From: Ascidiella aspersa
Lineage: Eukaryota
Reading direction: 5' to 3'
NCBI GenBank assembly: GCA_963924565.1
Contig: OZ004608.1
Span: 15,376,001 to 15,440,000, forward strand
Length of the DNA stretch: 64,000 nucleotides
The translations under genes were made by a program, and so were the position numbers. This document shows, in pieces, positions 54,585 through 64,000 of this stretch. The notes beneath the pieces are model-generated. The model had not been told where the DNA came from and ran no database searches. It worked only from the letters and a program-made list of their open reading frames with translations. Every line of letters starts with the position of its first letter. Position 1 is the first letter of the stretch.

Positions 54585-57500
54585 ATGATGTTTGTTCACA
54601 CCTCTCCAGTCCGAGCGGTCGCCACCTGGCTGCTTTTGATTATGGCATGTTATGCATGCAACCCCGGCCCTGGTACCGGAAGGCGACGTGTCAACAGGAA
54701 CGCGAGGCCCCTAAGGATAGGCGAGAGTGTTCCAGCTATGTCGGAAACAACACTTGGGGCAAGCGGTCCCAGTGAAGGTCGAATAGTTCGTGGCACTTCA
54801 AGGTACGCTGCGTTGCAGACCAATGTGAGGGCCAACGACATTATCTACGATCGGGCGAACGAGAGGCTGCACCTAATGACAAAGGTAGGTTTTGTCTCAA
54901 GGTATTTTCGTTACGCAGTTTACCGTTTTTAATGTAGGCTAATATCGCTTGTTTCCCCACATTTTGTTTTATAAAAGTGCTCCAACCAAAACAATTTTAA
55001 TAAATGTTTTCTGGCGCATGTTTCTATCCTAAACAAAAAAAGCTGGTACAGTGGTTTAATTTGCATTGTGTTTTTGATTAAAGCATTAAGCACTTCCGGG
55101 AGTGCTTTAAACATTTGCCGATCAGCAAAGAAATTTGTTAGAAGTGAGCTGACTGGGTAGGCGAGTATATTTCTGGTTTTCAAACTGTTTACTGAGGCTG
55201 TTTATCCCGAATGGTCAACTGTCACTAAGTAATCAAACTGATCCACCCGTTGATATGGGCCGATCGGCGGCCATTTTAAAAACGTTCACACGCGAATTCG
55301 CAACGTCAGCGACCGTCTTACAAACAGTTTCAAAAGTCGAAACGTCAGAGCTGAAAGGTTTGCACTTTAAACAAAAAACAATCGCAAAAAGAACTAGTCG
55401 GTAAACGGATAGTGACGGTGCCGGCTTCTCGTCGGTTGTAACCTGGGGAAACGCCTTGTTTTGCTCTGCGTAAATGGCCATTACCTATATTTAGGTGCAT
55501 GGATATACAACTAAACTGCGACATTAGTTACGCCCTTTACGGACAATCGCGGTGATAAGGTGGAGTTTATTTTGCGAAATACTGTGGCACGACGAGGTTG
55601 GTCGGAGGCAGGGTTATCAGCATCGGCAGCCAGTTGCTTTATACTCCGAGTTAATATTTAACGTTTGACCGAACCGGAAACTTTTACGATATCGATCTCC
55701 TCCTGCCTTGCCTGCCTTTACGGGTGTATAGTACGTCACGTCACCGGCTGGGAGAATAAGTGACGGGCCAGACTTTACGTCACCTATCGTTTGTCCAATG
55801 CTCTCGCGAATGAGAACGGCCGAGCCGACGCATTCACACACCCATGTGCGCGCACGCCATTTGCGGTTACCGCAGCCGATTGTCCGCAGCACCGCAAAAC
55901 TAGTGCCGTCTCAATGCTATACATGCGGTTACGCAACCGCAACGATTGATCTAGATCTAGAAAAATCCACTCTCTCGGCAAACAAGCCCGCTGCCTTCGG
56001 TGCCTTACAAGCTGTCGATTGAACTTCCCCCAGAAGTGGCCCGGAAGCAGCAACGACCGCTCGTCATTTGGCGTCAGCAAAATCGAGCGACGGCTGTCCA
56101 ACCTTCTCGGTTCGCAAATAGTCTCGTTTTTTTGACCGCAGTTCCATTATTCCATCTGCGCCGGCAAATGTTGTGTAAAGGGAGAAACGTGTGCCGGGCG
56201 AATAAGGCGACGGTACTTTTTTAGAGAAAAAGAGTAAACTTGAATATAAATGTTAGATTTTCAACTTTATATATCACCGGCCTGCAATAGTAAAACAATT
56301 TTTTGACAAATATTTAAAAAAATGATTCTTGTGAAGGTCATAAAATAGGTTGAAAATAAAATCTTTAATACTAAAAAAAATCTTTTTGATAATCAAAATT
56401 ATACATGATAGTAGAACTTTATAGTCCCTTTTCTTATCTTGCGCAGATTTTGACAAAATAATGCAACAAAATTTTATTTTGAAGCATGCGATAAGAAAAC
56501 CCCATTACAAAAAAACACGAAAAAATGTTTGAGGGTGGCTGTAGTGTGTTGCTGATATGTGTGTCAAACGTTTTTGTACTTCTGCCAAGAATTTGTTGAT
56601 TGATCGTGGCTGCGAGATCAAAGCTCGGCCGAGGTAGCAAAGATTTTGGTTGCGTTTCAAGAAGGGTTACATTCCAATTTTACTACGGGTCTTATATGAC
56701 ATATTTGAAAATGTCTTGCCTTTGTTCATTTTACTGCTTCTGGCGTACGATCCCAAAAACACAACGTTTTCCATTAAACCAACTACGTTTCGTCATGTGA
56801 CAAACTTGAAGGACAGCTCTTCAACCGGTTCACAATTTTGCTATATATATAGGGCAGATACAACCGTAAAATATATTATACGTGACCGTTTTTGAAAAAA
56901 AATTAAAAAAAAAAAAAAAAATATTTTATGTTTTTCCTATTGATCTTGTCTTTCTCGATTGGCATAAATAGTGATCGTCGTTTCACAACTGTTATAAGAT
57001 CACATATAAAACAAGGTCACTCAGACTCACTTTTCTGTTGCTTAACCCTGGCAAACACGTCGATGTTTTTACCCAGTTTTCTATACAAGCAAATAAGTTG
57101 TTTACTGATATACACTTCCGTTGTTAAAATGAAAATACAAATTTTAAGTAATACCCGTATGTAATTTTACCACGATTAGACAAATATATCAATAATAAAT
57201 TAATGCAGGTTGTAACAGCGATATTAATATTAATAAATTGAACAGAGTAACTTGAAAGCTAACAACTTCACGTTCTTGAGAACATTTACCTAGGTTAATA
57301 ATTAGGATACAAAAGGGTTTATAAAATTTTCTACGAATAATGCCTTTTTGTTGTCTCAACCCAACAACCAGTGCCATAAGTGCGTTTTTTTGTCGTTTAA
57401 TAATGCCACGAATAATGATTAATCTGTATAGTTTGCTTCATTACGTCAGATTTTCTTATGTATTGCTTAATTGTGGTGGCACAGGTAACGGTCGTTTTAG

Positions 57501-60500
57501 TTGTTTGGAATTTTATTAGGAGGAAAACATAATTAATCATCACGTAAAAATCACTTAATTTGAATCCAATAACTCTTATAGTCAACTCTATTAGATTAGT
57601 TTGTCCCGCTTTCGTCGTTCATTTGAAGAGTTTGCCTTTCTTAGCGGCTTCCCCGTTTGCAACAAATTGACAAAACCGAGTAAAACGGTTTACTGCATAC
57701 CTAAACCGATTGTAAGTTGTAAATCAGTTGTTTTGGGGGCAATTGTCCTGTGTTACAATTCATAAATTGTTACATTTAACGCTCTTAGTTAGCCCCGTGC
57801 CGGTGTTGTTGACCTAACGAGCGGGCGTACCATTCTAAACATAGGATGTTTTGGTTTGGTGTTTTCTCAGAAAATAGGGACCAGGCACAGACAAAAGGTC
57901 GCTACCCAATCGCGTTTGGCTCAATGACGGCCCTGAAGCCTTGGGTGCGCTTTTTCACGGTTGTTGTGACTATATGATAACGACTGACGTTAATTCCAAA
58001 CCCACCTCGAGTCGCCGCCATTCAGATTTCTTCGCAGTGTTAGGGCAACGCGAATCCTTGACAAAACGCTGGCCGCTTACCGAAGCGAGGTAAGTGTAGT
58101 AAACTGCGAAGTTTGGAAAGCACTTCAGATTCGCCCAGGTCCCCACTTATGACTTTCCCTCTTTATAGGAAAAAGCCCTTAATTGTCAGCACGGCGAGTC
58201 GTCTTTACTTGATTGTATGGATCAGTTCGTAATATCCCCTGTGGCCCCTTTATGGTTGTGTTTGCCTCCCCCTTTAGTGATAGCCAGCCAAGTTTATGTT
58301 TCACATTTACAATACTGTCTATACTGTACGTATTTAAACTAAAACACACCTAAAAAACTATATAGGGTATCACACAGTTAATTCGGGATGAAAGCTATCA
58401 AATCTTAGGATAGAAAAAGTCGCATTTGGTTTCTTAAAAGTTAAAACCCTTTTTTGGTTCTAATTGTGTGCAACTGTCAAGTCATTTAAGGGGGATTTAT
58501 GTTCCCCCAGTACCATTACTAGGTATTTATAGTCAAGTAGGCCTATCCGTTGTGGGATGGGTAAGGGTGTGAGAGGCACTTTACATGAATATGTATTAAT
58601 AGTCACCGAAGGGTCTTCACCGCAAATTTAATGTAAATTTTTTACATTTTTTTTACTCCTTGAGGATCCTCTTATTTAAAATTCAGCACCTATCTTTTGC
58701 TTTATAATGGGGGACAAAGATTAGGATAATATTCCATTTTGTAATTCTCTTCACTTCTTGGATGATAATTTTTAAAGAAACATACGATGTAATTTGAGAA
58801 AACGATTAAGCATAAATATTTTAGCCATGGTTCGTCCACCCAACGAAAACTTTGGCTCGAAAAAGTTTATGATGTGTTATGTGTAGGAAGTTATCTAGCA
58901 GCATGAAACTGGGATGCTGCTGTAAACTAATAAATAAATAATTGTAACTACTTCCGCAAAATGATGACTACCCACATCAGTTATGTAAATCAATTTGCCA
59001 GTTGCCGTTTCCCTAAAAAGTAAGCTAAAAATGATAATAAAATCAGAAAGTAATGCAAACTATTAAATCGCGAAAAACGTTTCATGGTTCACGGTGATTG
59101 AAAGCATTTTTGAAATACGAATGATCCAAAATGTTTTTTTTTTTCGAGAAAATATTTTGAAAATTAATTTAAATCAATATTTGTCGCGTGCGAACAACGC
59201 AGGGACTTAGATTACGTAATTTATTTTATGTGGAAACAACAAACATTAGCTATCATAAAATTAAAATGATGGGGTCACGTAAACTCGCACTTTGACCTTT
59301 TTAACATTAATGTCGCCATTTGAGTGCAGCAATGTCGTACAAGTCACAAAAACCACAAAAAGAAGAACATGGAACACATACTGTTGAGAAACGTCACACT
59401 TATAGTTAGGCACCAGGAAGCTAGACGCTTTAAATATAAATTCCCTATAAACTTGAAATTCCCTAATTTCAGGAAAGAAACAGTCTTTGTGGTAAATTAC
59501 TTAGTGCTCTGGACCTTACCTTGGTGTGTTTTCATCTCGTAGTCTATGTTCTAAATGGTTTACCGTTCACCGAGATGGACCGGTCTTATAATAACCCATT
59601 TTTTTGTTGTTAGAGGTGCAAGGACAGGGTGAATGCTCTCGCCCTTTTGGTGCAAAGCCGATGGCCCCGTCTGAGGCTTAGAGTTTTAAGATCCTACATC
59701 GACCATCAGATCTACAAACTGGAATCACCTTTGCATTACGAAGGTAATAACGATGCTGAGTAATAGCCAAGAAAGGGAACGATGAAACAGTTCTACACCT
59801 ACGTTTATTGGTATTTACTTTTGACTATACACACCCCGATTTCTTCATATAATATTGATTCGAGAACTAATTATTTATTTACAGCAAATATTTTAAACAA
59901 CTCCAGTAGCGGATATTCGCCTGTAACATCTGTAACCACTGAAAAGTTAGAAATTAAGTTTTAGGACTATATGTTCATTAACGACTTAAACGCATTTTGA
60001 AAAATAATAAAATGGAGAATAATTATACCTAAGTTCACTTTTAAAGGGAATAAGTTTTGAAATACATATCGTTGTGTGTTAAACAGGCCTTCGCTCAGCA
60101 TAAAAACGGGGTTTAGCAAACTTACTTATATAACTACCCGACCCCGCGCCACTTTGGTGCAGGTCGTAATTCTCACTCGCGCGAAGTCAACAAAAAACAG
60201 TATTAACCCTATACCACTTCGCCCTTTAAAAACGTCGCGCGACCCCTGACGCAGTACCATCACCGTTTTGGAAACGGCCCGTAAGTATGCGGCCAAACCC
60301 ATCTGTCATCAGCGCTTGTTTGTTGGCATCGCTTTATTGCGAATTGTCGCATCGTCAAACCTTGTCGCTTTTGTTTACCTGAAGGGCGCGCGGTGGACTT
60401 TATCACAAGCGACAACGACCGAAACAAAATCGGCTATCTCGCCCGCTTGGCGGTGATGGCGGGCTTCGACTGGGTCCGCCATAAACGAACCTTCGTCCAC

Positions 60501-62711
60501 GCAAGTGTCGTAGCAGGTGAGCGGCGCAAAATTAACGCTAAATCTTAGGTCTACCATATTTATGACGGTAACAATGCTGATAAAATTTACAATGGCAGAC
60601 AAGACCTTGGTTTTTGGCGGATACGAATTATTTCTTTATCACTATCAATATTCATCAAAAGCTGATTTTTATTTTTTTACTAATCCTTATCCTACCTCAT
60701 CCCTATTACAACATAAACCCACACTGAAGTATACTTTAACATCCAGGAAAACATATATAAACGTTATATACATCAACAAACGGTGTTTTGCCAAAACATC
60801 CAACAAGTTTGTCCCATTATAAAATCTTCCAACTTTTACAAACCAAAACAAAAAATGTGATTTGCAAATCTATATATTCGGGATTTAGAATGAGTTGACT
60901 TTTACTTAGAGATGCGATTTAAACGAAGTCAATAAATCCTTTATAAATCACTTGAACATATTTAAGGCTGTTTTGCAACTTTTTTACCTTATACTTACGA
61001 AAGAAACGCCTATTTACCAATTGTAAACCGACTTTGTGTCATGTTGTCAAAAAACAAATGCTTTAAAATTAGTCATACCAATTTAAATAAAAGGGCCAAC
61101 CTGTTTCGGATTAAAAACGTTTTTAAAATACATACCCAGTCACACTTTTTTGTGTTGTACTATGAAAAACCTATTGGGCTGTGACCAAATTGACTTGTTC
61201 AAACCGTTTATACCGTGTTGTTAGGCAATTTTAAGTACAGAAACTTTTCAAAAGACGTTAAGCTTCTTTCATCTCTCGTTAGAAGTATACATTTAGGGGA
61301 ACAACTGTTTCTCTTTTTAAGAGCCGAGAAAATGCGTGTGTGTTGTGTGTGATTTCTCAACGCGAGCCTTACGTCGTTTTTTGAACGAGTTGTTATTTTT
61401 GGGCATTAGCCGTCCATCGCAGTAGCAGCCTGTTCAAACAGTAAGCGGAAATTTCAAAGGAAATAAACTCATAACCACACGTGAGGTGCGTATTTCACAC
61501 AGCATTATGATGGATCGAACAAAGCACCGACAGTTGCACAGGCTTTACGGGGTGAAACAAACCCATCGCACGTTAAGCAATCGGGACGCTAAATAAAAGT
61601 GTATATCGTTGTATTTGCTTACCCGCGGCACCTGGAAGAAAGCATGTCCATCGAATGTGCTCAACAATGACAACATGAGGTTTATCAACCGATGCCAAAA
61701 CCACGTCAAAACTAACAGTATATGTGTCGGTTACACAAACAGTTCGGGATCCGTTTGGAGCTTCCCCCTAAATCGCCTTCATAGATATAATCTCCAAACC
61801 ATAGAAATAATCCCCAAACCAAATGGTCACATACTGTATAAAGTTTTGTTGAACATCTATAAAGTTTTATAAGACCAAACAACCATTTAACAAGCGTTAT
61901 TTAAACCGAAATTAAGACTTTGATGGTCATTAAATTTATAACTATTTCCAATGTCTGATTTGCAGTGAACTACCTTTATTTTATACCTATTTATTCAGAA
62001 AACTCGGATATGGAATTGTACGGTGGGTGCTTCACAGCTGACAGTTCCGTGCACCTTAAAAGCGGAGAAACAATACCAATGAGTCAACTGAAGGTCGGCG
62101 ACTCTATCCTGGCTTCCGTAAGGTCCAGTGGCGCACTGCAGTACAGCGAGGTGGTTGCCTTTCTCGACAAGGACTCATCAGTTTCAAGTAGTTTCATCGA
62201 AGTCAATACGGATCGGGGAAAACTGACCCTGACACCAAACCACATGCTTTTCGTCGCTGACCAGTCGTGCATGCCACGCAACTCTACTACGAGTGAGTCG
62301 GGCCGAAGCTTTACGCCGGACTGGCGGAACTGCGCAAACGCAATTCACGCGTCGCGCTTAAAAGTCGGCCAAATCGTGTTCGCAACGCCACCGGGCGGAC
62401 TAAAACCTATCGGTTCGCTGACGCTAGCAGGCGCCAAAGTTGCGGGGTTAAGGCGAACGCAGAGACGCGGCGTTTTCGCTCCCTTGACGAAGCACGGAAC
62501 TTTGGTGGTTGACCATATAGTGGCGTCTTGCTACGGCGTTTATTTCAGCGAACCCCTGGCGCATGCCGCCCTTTATCCGTTAAGGACTTTTACATTTTTT
62601 CAGCTTTCAAGTACCATGGGTAAAAGTGATGCAGGCATCCACTGGTACCCCAAAGCACTTTTGCAAGGCGCCCTAACGATTTTGCCAAAATCCATGTTTC
62701 AGCTTGTTTGA
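54585..62711 (+). CDS. hh: Hedgehog precursor (signal peptide, Hh-N, Hint/Hog autoprocessing domain), about 424 aa
   Basis: Exons 54585-54884 (signal peptide, [24 protein letters not shown]), 59614-59743 ([23 protein letters not shown]), 60385-60516 ([12 protein letters not shown]...LARLAV.AGFDWV..VHASV), 61999-62711 (GG/CF, LTLTPNH, FAPLT.HGT.VVD...SCY, GIHWY). Confidence 0.96.
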
Positions 62712-63495
62712 TTGCGAAATTAGCCTATCCCAGTTCAGCTATAAAACTTGGCAACAGGCTAAGAAATTACTTTGCTGTGGTAGAGGTTGGAGCAGTTGTT
62801 TACTACAGCACACGTTTTCTTGGCTATCTCTTGTTCCGAATTTTGTATAAATCGTCAACCGATGGTTTCACTTATTTTCTGTTAGTCTTACTAAAATGTT
62901 GTAGAATTGTTTTATTATTTTTGCACATAAATTACTGATTTTCGTTTGTGAACTTTTTATTTACGCCAGGTGTTCTTTTAATCCCCCAAAGCATACAATG
63001 CGTCCGTTCTGCTGACCAGAACAGTTATTTTCTTCAAAGTATGGACGTTTTTATTTTTACCACAGCATTTAACCAGCCACAAATTTCCTGTGAAGATTGT
63101 ATTATTTCTTTAAAAATCTCTTTAAGTTTTCGCATGAATTTAATTTGTTCCAAACGTATATAGTAGGATAATAAGTGGTGCGCCGCACAACCTTATCAGT
63201 GACGTAAGTATTCTTTTTCAAAAGCGCAACCTGTAAACTAAGCTTTTAAAGAAGTTTTCAATTCGTTTTTTTTTCAATGCTAGTTCATTGCTGTTTCCTG
63301 TCACAATAGTTTCGGTGCTCGACAATACGACGACCCGTCAAGCCCTACGGACACTTGGAGTGGCAGCGGTATGCTACGGGAATGAACGCTCAAGCGCCGG
63401 TGGAGCGGATCTGATCAAGTATAGTCCTTATACCTCAAGAGTGCCAGCTCATTTTGTCGCATCGACGTCGTAGCAGTACAGTCTGTCGAGTGTTT

Positions 63496-63745
63496 TTCAC
63501 CCTTTCGCTAGAAAGTACCCTTTCTCTTCGCTTTTAAAAGTTTCTGTCGCTTTGTGTTTACTATTTTTCTTTCCTTGATTTGCTTTGCTGGCGTTGTCAA
63601 TCTTCGTTCTCTTACCGCCGAACGATGAACCGATTCTACACTTAATGGAATTATAGCGTTCGGAATAAAGAAAAACGACTAGTCAAAAGGGTATTCTTAA
63701 AAAGGCCCCAGGAGTTTAGCTTACTCGTGCAGCTTTCACAGCGGC
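63496..63745 (-). other. Possible 3'-terminal coding exons of a convergent gene entering from the right
   Basis: Minus strand: short exon AAVKAAR with GTAAGC donor (about 63725-63745), then an open Lys-rich frame CRIGSSFGGKRTKIDN..FLAKG* after an AG near 63642; no recognisable domain. Confidence 0.25.
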
Positions 63746-64000
63746 CTTGTTATATTAAGTAATTAAAACTTCTCAGTATTGCAAGGTAGATGCAAATATG
63801 AAAAGCAAGAAAAAATCTTCATCAAGACAGTCAACTGCCAAAACTAATAAATCACTCGCCAATACGTCGAACAATGCACGTACGTATAAGCTTTTTAACA
63901 GTTGTAGTGTATATTTGCAAAAAATACAAGGAAAGGAGATGCACAGGCTGCAACTATGTTAGAACTCTATAATCTAAGCTGTTAGCACGATTACCTAAGC

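Overview
AT-rich, intron-rich animal genomic DNA. An ascidian/tunicate origin is likely, but this is inferred from gene style only. I assembled four spliced protein-coding genes by hand: (1) the 5' part of a voltage-gated sodium-channel alpha subunit of the Nav2 (DSC1/BSC1-like) type, minus strand, 13 coding exons at 291-14011, running off the left edge; (2) a complete, strongly divergent TRPM-family channel, minus strand, 25 exons at 21840-36136, about 1110 aa, with no NUDT9H or kinase tail; (3) ribosomal protein S17, plus strand, 42085-44970; (4) a divergent hedgehog, plus strand, 4 exons at 54585-62711, about 424 aa. Introns and intergenic DNA hold many non-autonomous DNA transposons: hAT-type MITEs with 8-bp TSDs, a nested TIR element, a 5-kb CMC/EnSpm-like element with ACGT-rich arrays, and a Helitron 3' end. 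Most notable are a TSD-flanked inverted repeat in a Nav intron carrying two opposed Penelope-type minimal hammerhead ribozyme motifs (the copy on the Nav pre-mRNA strand has a mutated core) and a hedgehog that keeps its Zn ligands and autoprocessing motifs but appears to have lost its Ca2+-binding acidic cleft.
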